Notes under the pieces: model-generated
What the model was told of the DNA's origin: nothing
What the model saw: the letters and a program-made list of their open reading frames with translations, nothing else
The model's database searches: none
Program-made: the position numbers and the translations under genes
Shown here: positions 37,431-47,479 of the stretch, in pieces
Position numbering within the stretch: position 1 is the stretch's first letter
Layout: each line of letters starts with the position of its first letter
IMG/VR virus record: IMGVR_UViG_3300042894_003945
Span: 64,001 to 128,000 of that record
Reading direction: 5' to 3' (one strand)
DNA length: 64,000 nucleotides
Source: a virus

Positions 37431-37982
37431 TTAACCATTAATCATTGTCTGTTTAAAAGTAGATGTAGAACTCTTTACTGGAGGGTATAATTCTACATTT
37501 TCATGGAACTCTGACGTGTCTGGGTCCATTATGTTCATTACCACTGATTCCTTAAGGCCTTTTAAAAAAGATTCCCTTTCTTTCATTTTTGCTTTAAGCA
37601 ACTCAATGTCCTTATTCATTCTATTCCAAACAGGATCTCCACAAGACTCATAGTCAAATTTTGTAGCCGCTTCAAATAGTTCAAACTTTACGCCGTGCTT
37701 AGAAACGTAAGTTTTTCCGTCATCTGCATTTCTTCCTATCTCTTCTCTTACTAGATCTACAAAAGTATTTTTACCATTGTCATCAGTTAGTTCTTTTAGC
37801 TGCTTTCCTGTCTCCTCTACAAACTTAAGCATTATAGCAACGTCAGTCGCTGACATGTGCCCTTCCATTAGAGCCACGTAAATACTCATAGCGGCTTTTG
37901 CCACCCCTTTTTTAGTTAAATCGGGAGTTTGGTACTGAGTTTCATCTAGTTTAATTAGAAAGTTTGATGTTGTTTCTGTCAT
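37431..37982 (-). CDS. Hypothetical protein coupled to primase
   Basis: 183-aa ORF overlapping the primase stop; KFDYESCGDPVW...KERESFLK...PPVKSSTS. Confidence 0.65.
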   Translation of the reverse strand: MTETTSNFLIKLDETQYQTPDLTKKGVAKAAMSIYVALMEGHMSATDVAIMLKFVEETGKQLKELTDDNGKNTFVDLVREEIGRNADDGKTYVSKHGVKFELFEAATKFDYESCGDPVWNRMNKDIELLKAKMKERESFLKGLKESVVMNIMDPDTSEFHENVELYPPVKSSTSTFKQTMING

Positions 37983-38920
37983 AACGATAGTTTATATTTT
38001 AACAATTTATCTTGTGTAAGAGGCTCTACTTTTTGAACTAAGGATAAAAAAGCTTGAAATCCCATCTCAGAAGGATCTTTGTCCTCCATTTCTACTAAAA
38101 AAACTTTCTTTCCCAAAGACGTCAAAGTCTCACAATGTTTTAATGCCATTTTTATAGCATCTCTATCCAAAGCTATGTAAACCTTTTTAATTCTCGATTC
38201 GACTAGTTTTTTCATTAGTTTGGGAGTTATTGATTTCCCTAATAGAGGTATGGCATTTCTTTTTATAGCTAACATATCAAACCCGCCTTCACACAGTACT
38301 ACTGGTATATCCCAGTTTATATACATCTCAAAAGGTATTATATCTCTAGATGCTTGTGGATATTTGTACTTAAGTCTTGTTTCAGGATCGAAGGATCTGC
38401 CTACAAAGTAATTTATTTTACCAGATGCATCAAAAGAAGGTATTATAATCCTTTCTGCGTATTTACCCTCTTCGCAGTATCCCATTTGGTATTTTATAAT
38501 GTCTTCCTCTGTTATTCCTCTTTTTTTGAGGTATAACATAGCATGTTTTGCAAGTATATCGTAGGGTTTTGCATCTAATAAGAACTTGTACTCTACAGGT
38601 AGGACTCCATCAAACTCTTCTGTATCTTCATCATCTCTATCACTTTTTACGACTATAGAAGAAAGTTTCTTCAGAATATCAGAAGTAACTCCTGTCTTTC
38701 TAAATAAAGATCTAATAGTTCTTCCTTTATTACCGCATACCCAACAGGCCCATCTGTTATTACCTTCGGAGTCTGTTACGATATCTACTTCTAATTTTTT
38801 CTTGTGAGTTCCATGAGATGGACAATCCGGAAATGGACAGTGATACTTCCTATTTGTTTTGGAAGCTTTTTCACCATACCCTAAAACTTGGTCTATTAGA
38901 CCAGAAAGAATTGTCTCCAT
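37979..38920 (-). CDS. DNA primase (DnaG-like, Zn finger + TOPRIM)
   Basis: CPFPDC...H...CWVC zinc site, YLKKRGI, RIIIP...YFVGR, LCEGGFD, ALDRDA and KDPSE. Confidence 0.88.
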   Translation of the reverse strand: METILSGLIDQVLGYGEKASKTNRKYHCPFPDCPSHGTHKKKLEVDIVTDSEGNNRWACWVCGNKGRTIRSLFRKTGVTSDILKKLSSIVVKSDRDDEDTEEFDGVLPVEYKFLLDAKPYDILAKHAMLYLKKRGITEEDIIKYQMGYCEEGKYAERIIIPSFDASGKINYFVGRSFDPETRLKYKYPQASRDIIPFEMYINWDIPVVLCEGGFDMLAIKRNAIPLLGKSITPKLMKKLVESRIKKVYIALDRDAIKMALKHCETLTSLGKKVFLVEMEDKDPSEMGFQAFLSLVQKVEPLTQDKLLKYKLSL

Positions 38921-38924
38921 GAAT

Positions 38925-38956
38925 CAAAGTTAGGGACTAAATATCTTTTCTCCAAA
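38925..38956 (-). promoter_or_regulatory. Bacteroidota-type sigma70 promoter (-33 TTTG, -7 TAACTTTG)
   Basis: Minus strand TTTG-N20-TAACTTTG ends 4 nt before the primase ATG (possibly leaderless). Confidence 0.6.
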
Positions 38957-39371
38957 ACTTACCTAACACGTTATCCACATAGCAGTTATCAGATTCTAAA
39001 CATCCTTCTAAAATCTGATATCTAATTTCTTGGTAAGTCATTTGCTTTTTGTGTGTACACAAATGCAATATCTCTCTTTTAAACACATCTTTACCCTGTC
39101 CCTTCATATCGGCTTTAAGATTTGTATTAGACCCGTAATAAGTCTTCCAATCGCTCTCAGACACTACCTTCTTTTTGGTAGGCTTCTTACCCTTTCCAGT
39201 ATGTTCGGATAACTCTTTTTTAGTGAGGGCTTTTGTTCTTTCTGAGTATAGATTCTTGCGCCCTACGTAAAATTTACCGTCTGAAGTTCTTGTTATCTTG
39301 TAAATAAAACCGTAAGTATTTTCTGGAAATTCTGATATATCATTTATAACTTGATCTTTGTATAACCACAT
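38937..39371 (-). CDS. GIY-YIG-family nuclease-like protein
   Basis: YGFIYKIT...KFYVGRK, ESDWKTYYGS and FKREIL...YQE...N. Confidence 0.75.
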   Translation of the reverse strand: MWLYKDQVINDISEFPENTYGFIYKITRTSDGKFYVGRKNLYSERTKALTKKELSEHTGKGKKPTKKKVVSESDWKTYYGSNTNLKADMKGQGKDVFKREILHLCTHKKQMTYQEIRYQILEGCLESDNCYVDNVLGKFWRKDI

Positions 39372-39372
39372 A

Positions 39373-39672
39373 TTATATGTCCATTCTAATTAAAAAATTA
39401 GTATCTGTATCTGGGGATATGGGGATTGGCTGTGCAAACTTGGCTACCATCAAAAGATCGTTAGTATCATTGTAAAACCCTACCATTGTTGCGTAAGGGG
39501 TGAAATCAGACCCGCTAGCAAACCCGAGCATCGTTTCTTTACTTCCAGAAACCATTATGCTAGGATTGTAACTATATCCCATTTCATGATCCTTAATAGT
39601 GCATTTTATGGACCTTTCCATTATTAAATGGCTATTCTTAAAAGTCAATGTAAAATCTTGATAAGCTGGCAT
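39373..39672 (-). CDS. Baseplate/tail structural protein C-terminal domain (free-standing)
   Basis: YSYNPS...PYATMVGFYNDTNDLLMVAKFAQPIP aligns with the C-terminus of 50482..51513 (NYTTNPS...TTIGLYNDANELLAVAKLSKPLP). Confidence 0.7.
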   Translation of the reverse strand: MPAYQDFTLTFKNSHLIMERSIKCTIKDHEMGYSYNPSIMVSGSKETMLGFASGSDFTPYATMVGFYNDTNDLLMVAKFAQPIPISPDTDTNFLIRMDI

Positions 39673-39683
39673 ATTCTACTTTT

Positions 39684-40442
39684 TTAACAAACTCCGGTAT
39701 CAGAACATATATACCAAGTGTATATTAAACCTCCTCCAATTACAGGATTACCATCTACTGCTGTTATGGTAGCACTAAATCTACCATTTGAGAAGTTAGA
39801 TCCTACATTTTTAGTGGTATATACTAAAAGTACATCTTTATAACCTGCTGCAGGTATTGTTATATTGGCAGTATCTGAATTAGTTAGATAATAAGGGAGA
39901 CTTCCTACGCCTATTGTAGCGCTTACATCTGCTATTAATGTTCCAGTAGCTGGGGCTACTGCTGGTAATGTTGTTTCATATAGGCCTCCGTATAAGCATA
40001 CAGAAGTTCCACTAGTTGTGCTATTAACAAACTGGAGTCCGGTTAAGCTTAATTCAATAACAGATCCGACAGGACCAGTTAACCTTGCCCAAGCCTTTCC
40101 TCCTTGTCCACAAATATTACTATATCCTGTATAACTAGGATCAAATTCTACAGATATCGGAGTGGCCGTTGGCGTAGGCGTAGGCGTAAATGTAGGTCCA
40201 GGAGTTGGTGTAGGAGTAGGAGTAGAAACAGCTAATGCTATATTTAAACTATTGGTGCAGAGTCCTGTAGACTGTACACTTATAACTGTAGAAGTTACAT
40301 CAGTATTTACGTCATATCCAGCTAAAAGTTGAGCCCTACTAACCCCACTAGCAATAACTCCTAAGACATCGTCAGATATCAAAAAAGGCCCGGCGTCTGT
40401 TCCTATACTAGATAAAGTAACTGTTGCTAGTCTTGTTGGCAT
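39684..40442 (-). CDS. Thr-Pro-linker protein, probable virion decoration
   Basis: N-domain DAGPF...VSRAQLLAGY...CTNS shared with the neighbouring gene, then a PTPTPT tract and a beta-rich C-domain. Confidence 0.7.
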   Translation of the reverse strand: MPTRLATVTLSSIGTDAGPFLISDDVLGVIASGVSRAQLLAGYDVNTDVTSTVISVQSTGLCTNSLNIALAVSTPTPTPTPGPTFTPTPTPTATPISVEFDPSYTGYSNICGQGGKAWARLTGPVGSVIELSLTGLQFVNSTTSGTSVCLYGGLYETTLPAVAPATGTLIADVSATIGVGSLPYYLTNSDTANITIPAAGYKDVLLVYTTKNVGSNFSNGRFSATITAVDGNPVIGGGLIYTWYICSDTGVC

Positions 40443-40443
40443 A

Positions 40444-41208
40444 TTATCCCTCCCATATTTGAATACTTACTAAATCAGTAGTAGTTATATCTACTGTAAT
40501 ATAGAAGTCTACTACGTCTCCTAAATTAAAATTATAAGACTGGTATGAACTTCCATTTAAATACAAGACAACACTTCCTGCATCTAAAGCAGTGTTGCTT
40601 GTGGCTGTTTTTCTGATTCTGTATATTACAGTGTTTGAAGCGCCTCCTGCTAAAATATAAGAATCATTTTTACCATAAGCAGTTGTTCCTGGTGAAGTTA
40701 TGCTTATATTGTCTATAGTGCCTCCAGGGGTGCTATTTGAAACCTCAAACACACTAGAAGGCGATATTCCATCCATCACAAGCTGCGCTCTGTGTCTAAC
40801 TAAAGCTCCTGTTGGTGTAGGAGTAGGAGTCGCAGTCAATGTAGGCGTTGGAGTAGGTGTCAAAGTTATAGTCGGTGTAGGAGTAGGTGTAGAAGTTGCA
40901 AAAGTTACAGACCCTCCAAATAAAGTACAATTCAATACGAAAGTAGGAGTTGGTGTAGGAGTAACAGTTGGCACAGGAGTTGGTGTAGGAGTTGGAGTTG
41001 CTAAATAGTATACTTCAGAGTTCTGGCAATCAGAGTCTGTATTAACTACTATTATAGTAGTTGGACTGCCTGCTATAGTTACAGGATACCCTCCCAGCAA
41101 AGAAGATCTACTCACATTACTGTCAACTAAGGTTCCTACGGATACAGTATCGTAATAAATGTTAAAAGGACCTGCTGCGTCTCCTGATATAGTAACTATA
41201 AAATCCAT
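40444..41208 (-). CDS. Thr-Pro-linker protein, paralogue of 39684..40442
   Basis: N-domain AAGPF...VSRSSLLGGY...CQNS and two PTPT tracts. Confidence 0.7.
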   Translation of the reverse strand: MDFIVTISGDAAGPFNIYYDTVSVGTLVDSNVSRSSLLGGYPVTIAGSPTTIIVVNTDSDCQNSEVYYLATPTPTPTPVPTVTPTPTPTFVLNCTLFGGSVTFATSTPTPTPTITLTPTPTPTLTATPTPTPTGALVRHRAQLVMDGISPSSVFEVSNSTPGGTIDNISITSPGTTAYGKNDSYILAGGASNTVIYRIRKTATSNTALDAGSVVLYLNGSSYQSYNFNLGDVVDFYITVDITTTDLVSIQIWEG

Positions 41209-41209
41209 A

Positions 41210-42295
41210 TTATATAAATATGATTTTGTTCACTTTTGACAAAGCCGATGCTATTACTTGGTGCATATCATAGTACTTATAGTCTGCTAACCTTCCTCCA
41301 AAGATATACTTTTCTTCTTTTTCCATTAATTCTTTGTATTTGGAGTACTTTTTATTATTATCTGTGTCATTTATGGGATAGTAAGGTTCTCCAAAATTTT
41401 CTGGATATTCCATGGAGATGATGGTATTTTTTTGTTTTCCAAACTCAAAATGCTTGTGTTCAGTTATTCTGGTAAAATAAACCTCTTCATCTGTATAGTT
41501 CATTCCTGCTACCCCTTGATAATCAGGCATATTTAAATTGTAAGTTTCAAATCTTAAACTCCTATAATCTAATTTTCCAAACTTATATCCATAAAAAGCA
41601 TCTACAGGTCCTGTATAAATAGTTTTACGGGCTATTGAATCAAAGTATTCTTTTTGTTCAAAATAATCACAATTTAGCTTTACTTCTACGCCATATAAGA
41701 GTTTTTCAAATATGCCAGTATACCCTCCAATTGGTATCCCTGAGTAAGTATCTTCATAATAATTATCCTCAAAAGACAGCCTTATAGGAAGCCTTTTTAT
41801 TATACTTGTAGGGAGATCTTTAGGATCTTTGTTCCATTGTTTCTTTGTATACCCCTTTATAAAAATATTATAGATCTCAGGACCTACCTGAGATAGGATC
41901 CACTCTTCTAGGTTTTTGGGGCTGTTGTTAGGTATTTTAACATCCTCTAATTTTCTAAAGGCTTCGTCTGGCGTTGTTACTCCATACAATTGGTACAGCG
42001 TCATTAAATTAATTGGAAAAGAGTATATCTTTCCTTTGTAGTTAACTTTAGGTCTGTATTTAAAATCATTAAACTCAGCGTAGTTATTTACGTAGTCCCA
42101 TACTTTTTTATCCGATGTATGAAATATGTGTGGGCCATATTTGTGCACATTTATATCGTCTACGTTCTCAGTGTAGCAGTTTCCACCAATATGAGACCTT
42201 TTTTCTACCACTAAACACTTATACCCGTTATCGGACAATTCTCTGGCGCATACAGCTCCAAAAAGTCCTGAGCCTACAATTAAGTAATCGTACAT
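41210..42295 (-). CDS. glf: UDP-galactopyranose mutase
   Basis: IVGSGLFG FAD motif, HIGGNCY, HKYGPHIFHT, TRITEHKHF, EPYYP and GRLADYKYYDMHQ. Confidence 0.95.
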   Translation of the reverse strand: MYDYLIVGSGLFGAVCARELSDNGYKCLVVEKRSHIGGNCYTENVDDINVHKYGPHIFHTSDKKVWDYVNNYAEFNDFKYRPKVNYKGKIYSFPINLMTLYQLYGVTTPDEAFRKLEDVKIPNNSPKNLEEWILSQVGPEIYNIFIKGYTKKQWNKDPKDLPTSIIKRLPIRLSFEDNYYEDTYSGIPIGGYTGIFEKLLYGVEVKLNCDYFEQKEYFDSIARKTIYTGPVDAFYGYKFGKLDYRSLRFETYNLNMPDYQGVAGMNYTDEEVYFTRITEHKHFEFGKQKNTIISMEYPENFGEPYYPINDTDNNKKYSKYKELMEKEEKYIFGGRLADYKYYDMHQVIASALSKVNKIIFI

Positions 42296-42296
42296 A

Positions 42297-42848
42297 TTAT
42301 TTTTTAAAAACCATTATTGTATTTTTGAACCACCACCATTGTGGGACTTGTCTTAAAACAGATTCTACTTCTTTTTCTCTATGAAACCCGTAATTTAAAA
42401 ATAAAGATTCTATATACTCGTTTGGACGCTCATTGTAATGTCCATACCCTCCTTGTCCAATTGTAGCCCAAGAAAGTATTACAAGATTTTTAGAATGCTT
42501 TACTATGTTTTCTATAAAAATAGATTCATACTCTTCGGGAATATGTTCTCCTACTTCCAAAGATAGTACACAATCGTAAGTTTTGCCTAGATCTACAGGA
42601 ACTGATAAGTCCAAAATTCCACAAAGGTTATTGGATATTTCTGGTGTATTAGGGTTTCCATCATAACAATCACAAGTAAATCCGTCTTGTATAAACCTCT
42701 CTGCGTACTGTCCTGGTCCACATCCTAGATCTAATATAGAATCTACCCCATAAGATTTCAGATATTTAGATATCTCTTCATTTAAAGGCTGATCATACTT
42801 ATGGTTATGAGTTCCGTTGTCTTCCCAAAATCCTCTTTCATTTATCAT
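42297..42848 (-). CDS. Class I SAM-dependent methyltransferase
   Basis: ILDLGCGPG, SLEVGEHIPE and GQGGYGHYNE. Confidence 0.85.
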   Translation of the reverse strand: MINERGFWEDNGTHNHKYDQPLNEEISKYLKSYGVDSILDLGCGPGQYAERFIQDGFTCDCYDGNPNTPEISNNLCGILDLSVPVDLGKTYDCVLSLEVGEHIPEEYESIFIENIVKHSKNLVILSWATIGQGGYGHYNERPNEYIESLFLNYGFHREKEVESVLRQVPQWWWFKNTIMVFKK

Positions 42849-43657
42849 ATTGGAAATATTTGTCCTTCTTTATATTTTGTTGGCAACGCCATCCAACTTT
42901 CACATATAACATCCTCTGTATCTTGAGGCCCCCCAGGTCCACACCAAGTTCTTGGAGCCACTACCACTTTAGAGTCTTCATTGCAAAGATAAGCTCCCCA
43001 CCAAGAAAAAGAAGAATTAGATAAAATAAAATTATGGCACATTGAAATAGTCCAAAGAGCTTTCCAAGTAGAAACGTCTATAAATTTCATTTTTGGAAGT
43101 TTTATATTTTCTCTGCACCAATCCAAATCATCACTTATTATAAAGTAAACATCAGTGTTTTTTATCTGATTGGCTGCTTCATTTATAAAGTCTGTAGTAA
43201 TTACAGGATGGGTATGTAAATTTAAAAGATAATCCCCTCTCCTAACATTTATACAAGTAACTACCTCATTTAATAATTCTGGGTGGTCCTTTTGGGTTTG
43301 TTCTATGAACTCTTCTGTTGGGGAAAATAAAAATTTTATAAAGCTGGAAATATTAATAAAATTTTTTTCGCTCTGATAATACCCTTCGTATATTGTTACC
43401 CCTTCGTCATAAGGTTTAACTGGTTCATATTGGTATGGGGCGGATATTGTCCTTCCTTGGGGCAGCACATTTAGCTTAAAATCAAGTTTTCTATAGACAT
43501 TATCCTTATAATGATTAAGATCGAATACTTGATCTTTAGAAAATAAAAAAGGTTTGTTGTATTGTATTGACTGGGCTATGCAGTTGGATATCATAAACAT
43601 TTGATTTCCTAATCTGCCTACCATTTTAGAAGTAAGAAAATTTCTATTCGAAATCAT
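42845..43657 (-). CDS. GT11 alpha-1,2-fucosyltransferase-like glycosyltransferase
   Basis: GRLGNQMF, GYYQSEK, VRRGDY, ISDD..WC and NSSFSWWGAYL. Confidence 0.88.
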   Translation of the reverse strand: MISNRNFLTSKMVGRLGNQMFMISNCIAQSIQYNKPFLFSKDQVFDLNHYKDNVYRKLDFKLNVLPQGRTISAPYQYEPVKPYDEGVTIYEGYYQSEKNFINISSFIKFLFSPTEEFIEQTQKDHPELLNEVVTCINVRRGDYLLNLHTHPVITTDFINEAANQIKNTDVYFIISDDLDWCRENIKLPKMKFIDVSTWKALWTISMCHNFILSNSSFSWWGAYLCNEDSKVVVAPRTWCGPGGPQDTEDVICESWMALPTKYKEGQIFPI

Positions 43658-44315
43658 TTTCGTTGTGCTTTATTACTCTTTTATAACTCTCTAAAAATAA
43701 ATCTACTCCTACACTTTTTCCCCAAGCATCCAAATCACTAACACCTTCTCTCTGTGCCACAGCTATAGGACTAACTAAGTATTTGTTTATATAATGCCTC
43801 TGTCCTAACCAACCATCTATTGCAGAATCTCTAAAAGGCGTGTAATCATCTATTATTGTTTTTATAACGCTTCTTTTGTATCCTATAGCGTGTGTTGTAA
43901 GTATAGTTGGAGCTTTATACAAGGTAGTTGACACTCTAAACATTTCATGTATAGGATGTCCTCCAAAATAAATCATATCCCAGTCTGAGAAGTTAGATAT
44001 TTCATCTAAGGCTTTTTCTGATAAGTCTACTCCTTTTGTTTTTCCTCCATCATAAAAATAAGCATCATCTTCAAATATAACAACATTTTCATATCCTTCT
44101 TCATATATTTTAGTAAAAAGTTTGTGATATGTTAAAGAGCAATAACAATGTTTTTTTATAGGATCTGGCTCTTTTATTGAATCCTCGGCGGATACCCTCT
44201 CGAAAAAACCTCCTAATCCTACTCTACTCATCTCATTTTCAAAAAAGACTTTTCTATCTTCTCTTCTGTCTAAGTTTATGTAGTATCCTTTTTGAAAAAA
44301 ATCTTTTATTTTCAT
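43644..44315 (-). CDS. GT25-family glycosyltransferase
   Basis: YYINLDRREDR, CSLTYH, VIFEDDA, WDMIYFG and THAIGY. Confidence 0.8.
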   Translation of the reverse strand: MKIKDFFQKGYYINLDRREDRKVFFENEMSRVGLGGFFERVSAEDSIKEPDPIKKHCYCSLTYHKLFTKIYEEGYENVVIFEDDAYFYDGGKTKGVDLSEKALDEISNFSDWDMIYFGGHPIHEMFRVSTTLYKAPTILTTHAIGYKRSVIKTIIDDYTPFRDSAIDGWLGQRHYINKYLVSPIAVAQREGVSDLDAWGKSVGVDLFLESYKRVIKHNENDFE

Positions 44316-45028
44316 CTCAATATATGGATATAATCTTCTATATTAAATGTTTCCCCTAATAATTCTTTACACTTTTTTATAAAATATACTCTTTTATCTG
44401 GTATTCTTATTTGATAATTATGGAAAGTCCCGCTTTCAAACTCTGTTCCATTTCCAAGAGAGAATTTTGGATACCCAAAACTCCCATCATATTTCCAGGT
44501 TAGATCAGAGTAGCATTTGGTAGGGTATGCTAGTATTATTTTTTTACCTTGTTTTTCATTTTCCCTAGTAAACATTTCGGCTACGTCAACTTCTGTTAGG
44601 TATCCTTCAGGATTTGGATAGTGTGTAAATTTAAAATTTTTACACGTAGACTCTTCCCAAAATTTTTTAGTAAAATTTAAAAAGTTAGGAGCCGCAAATG
44701 GTGGAGTTTTGTGGGGATTTATATCAAAAACATTAGAAGCCTGTACGTTACCATACAAAGTGCCATTATCCTTAATAATATCAATAGCTTTGATAATACA
44801 ATCATTAGAAATTGGTATACAGTCTATATCAAATAAAGTTATAGAATCCCAATCGTTATTTGAGCTAAGATATTCTTCTATTGCACATGCATGTCTATCG
44901 GCATTTAAATCATCCTTAAAAGGGATTTGACATACGTCTATTTTGAAAAAATCAAAAACTCTTTTTTGAAGAGTTATAATTTCTTTTGGCAGATCATTAC
45001 CATAGAAACTAACTACTTTATGATTCAT
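44312..45028 (-). CDS. Putative GT-A glycosyltransferase
   Basis: TLFDIDCIP DxD motif and a late FHNY; embedded in the GT operon. Confidence 0.5.
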   Translation of the reverse strand: MNHKVVSFYGNDLPKEIITLQKRVFDFFKIDVCQIPFKDDLNADRHACAIEEYLSSNNDWDSITLFDIDCIPISNDCIIKAIDIIKDNGTLYGNVQASNVFDINPHKTPPFAAPNFLNFTKKFWEESTCKNFKFTHYPNPEGYLTEVDVAEMFTRENEKQGKKIILAYPTKCYSDLTWKYDGSFGYPKFSLGNGTEFESGTFHNYQIRIPDKRVYFIKKCKELLGETFNIEDYIHILR

Positions 45029-46211
45029 TTTTTACAAGGTTATTTATAAAACCAATCCACATATTTCCAACTTTGCTAACGTTAAAATTAGAAACAATAT
45101 AATCTTTACCTTTATTTCTTATTTCTTCCTTTATAGAAGGGTTTTCTTCTAGAAATTTTATTTTACTTACTATGTTATCCGTTATGGTAAACTTTCCATC
45201 TAGATCTTTAGATAAGGCCTCTTTCTGCATATCATGAGGGATTACGCCTTCTGGGAAGTCTAGCCACACGCAATACCCGTCAAATAGCTCTGGTAAGGCC
45301 CCTAGAGGATACGTTACTACTATTGCTCCTAATGCTATCGCTTCTGCTACTACACAAGAGAAAGTATCTTTGTGAACATCTTGATAAGGTGTATATAAGG
45401 GGTATATAAAATACTCGCTTTCTGCCACATTAGTGAAAAGTGTTTTTTTATCCACTCCGTTGTGCCTATTAAAAAAAGAATCATCGTGATTGTGAGTAGC
45501 CATAAGATAATCAAAAGCATGAAATTCTGAATCTTCAAAATTTAATTTTCTTACTGCTTCTACTGCTACGTTTCCTCCTCTTGCCCAAGCTGCATGAAAA
45601 ATAAACTTATGGGGTTTCCTTATAGGATTAGAATCTGTGACTTCTTTTATCATCTCATCCATTACTGGATTAGGTATTAGCGTCTGTTCTATTTTGATTT
45701 CGGGAGCTATATTCTTTATGTGAGTTAGAATATTCCCAGTCATACTTTTTTCCCATTCTGATATATTAATAAACCCTATGGAAAGATTGTTATTTTTAGC
45801 AAAATTAACAATTTCATCTACTCCGTACACCCATTGCATGTGGGACCAGTATATTATACTTTTTGTAACCTTTATGGGAAGGGAATCATATTGATTAAAC
45901 CACAACATGCTTATCAATATGTCAAACTCTTTATTTTCAATTCCTTTAAAATCTATGTGCGTATATTTAACCCCATAAAACTCTTCTCCGTCCTTATATA
46001 TAATTCCATTATTTTTATAGGAGTTGTGCAACTCAGGCTCAAGCTTATCCGTTGCAAAAACAACTTCATGTCCAGCCTTAGCCAGATGTTCAGCTATTAA
46101 AACAGAACTAGTGTCTGTTCCAGACCCTCCCCCATTTCCATATCTTAGGTTATAACCATTAAGGTAGTTACTTCTTCTGCTATTACCTATAACAATAAAG
46201 GCTATTCTCAT
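45018..46211 (-). CDS. GT4-like (GT-B) glycosyltransferase
   Basis: GGSGTDTS...LAKAGHEV, IPNPV and DTFSCVVAEAIALG...GALPE. Confidence 0.8.
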   Translation of the reverse strand: MRIAFIVIGNSRRSNYLNGYNLRYGNGGGSGTDTSSVLIAEHLAKAGHEVVFATDKLEPELHNSYKNNGIIYKDGEEFYGVKYTHIDFKGIENKEFDILISMLWFNQYDSLPIKVTKSIIYWSHMQWVYGVDEIVNFAKNNNLSIGFINISEWEKSMTGNILTHIKNIAPEIKIEQTLIPNPVMDEMIKEVTDSNPIRKPHKFIFHAAWARGGNVAVEAVRKLNFEDSEFHAFDYLMATHNHDDSFFNRHNGVDKKTLFTNVAESEYFIYPLYTPYQDVHKDTFSCVVAEAIALGAIVVTYPLGALPELFDGYCVWLDFPEGVIPHDMQKEALSKDLDGKFTITDNIVSKIKFLEENPSIKEEIRNKGKDYIVSNFNVSKVGNMWIGFINNLVKNES

Positions 46212-47464
46212 TATATATTTTTTTCGTATCTATCACTCCACTTTTTATCTTCATCAAACAAATACATTACTATTTTATGAGGTTTATCTATCGACTCTAA
46301 AGAAAGAGATACTGAATTCTTTTTTAGTTTTACATAATCTGAATCATTTTCTATAGTAAAATCTCTTCTTATTATCTCTGATCCTGATTTATTTTGGACT
46401 CCTAAAGTTAAAAATTTAGGTTTTTTTGATTTGAATTTTTTAAAGAAAGCAACATCCCATTCTATATCAAGAGAAAATTTATTTACTATGAATTGTTCTT
46501 CCCAATTTATAGGATTTGGCGGTTCATTTACTTTAAGAGTGTACTGTTGTATTCTACAGTTTTTAAAATCAAACCCTCCATAGACTTCATAATCATGTAA
46601 AGTTCTACTATCTCCTAAACCATAAATACCCATATCTATTCCATGATCTTCTTGCCCAAACAATTGCCTTGTTTTGTTTCTAGCATATATGTCTCTTTCT
46701 CCAGATGTTTTTTTAGTCTCGCTTTCTATTCCATGATCATCCCAGTGTTTTACACGATAGTTTCTTGTGTATTCGTGCCACATAACCATTCTGTGTGGAC
46801 TAAAGAAGTCATACCCTTTAGTAAAAGCTCTTACACTTAATGTAGTTTCTTCTGTGTACCCTCCAAAGTATATGTCTGGGTCATAAGGAACTTCTTCTAT
46901 GAATTTACCTGTTGTAAAATAGAAATGTCCACTAATAGTCCTAGCTCTTATTACTTTTGTTCTTTCTTTATAATCTTGAATGTACCAAGGCATGCTCATG
47001 AGTAACTTATCAGCGGAAAACTCATACTGAGACATTAGGCATGGAGTAGGATCGTATTTACAAGAACAGTCTTTTGGGTTGAATGGGGTACAGTATGTAG
47101 TTATAATAGGCTTTTCAGAAACCTCTAAAGCCTGTGCATAATCTTCCAAAACAATGGAGTCCCAGTCTTGTACAAATCTATGATGACTGTCTATCTGTAA
47201 AGTAAATTCCTCTCCATCATAAAGTCTATTAGTTATATTCCTTGCCCAACCTAATCCCTGACTTTCTGAATAGTGATGTTTGCTTATACTAAAATTGTGC
47301 ATGCCATCAAACACTGTTATGTCTTCCGTTTCATCGTACTGCCAGCAAATTCCAAAAGTTAAATTTTCTGGGTTCTTTGCCTTGGTTATCATGTCGTCTA
47401 TAGTGGGAATGAGCTCAGGATCTCTATAACTAGCTACCTGAACAAATATTTTGTTCTTTTTCAT
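46211..47464 (-). CDS. GT60-type polypeptide/hydroxyproline alpha-GlcNAc transferase (GlcNAc, PF11397-like)
   Basis: IFVQVASYRDPEL, SQGLGWAR, LQIDSHHRF..DWD, EVPYDP, EE..LSVRAFTKGYDFFSP and WHEY are the Gnt1/TcOGNT family signature. ATG at 47464. Confidence 0.85.
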   Translation of the reverse strand: MKKNKIFVQVASYRDPELIPTIDDMITKAKNPENLTFGICWQYDETEDITVFDGMHNFSISKHHYSESQGLGWARNITNRLYDGEEFTLQIDSHHRFVQDWDSIVLEDYAQALEVSEKPIITTYCTPFNPKDCSCKYDPTPCLMSQYEFSADKLLMSMPWYIQDYKERTKVIRARTISGHFYFTTGKFIEEVPYDPDIYFGGYTEETTLSVRAFTKGYDFFSPHRMVMWHEYTRNYRVKHWDDHGIESETKKTSGERDIYARNKTRQLFGQEDHGIDMGIYGLGDSRTLHDYEVYGGFDFKNCRIQQYTLKVNEPPNPINWEEQFIVNKFSLDIEWDVAFFKKFKSKKPKFLTLGVQNKSGSEIIRRDFTIENDSDYVKLKKNSVSLSLESIDKPHKIVMYLFDEDKKWSDRYEKNI

Positions 47465-47479
47465 AAACTGAATTTGTAC

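Noticed and set aside
38937-39371. GIY-YIG gene as an intron-encoded mobile homing endonuclease
   Set aside because: It is short, free-standing, lacks an evident DNA-binding tail and does not interrupt a gene; no intron structure was seen.
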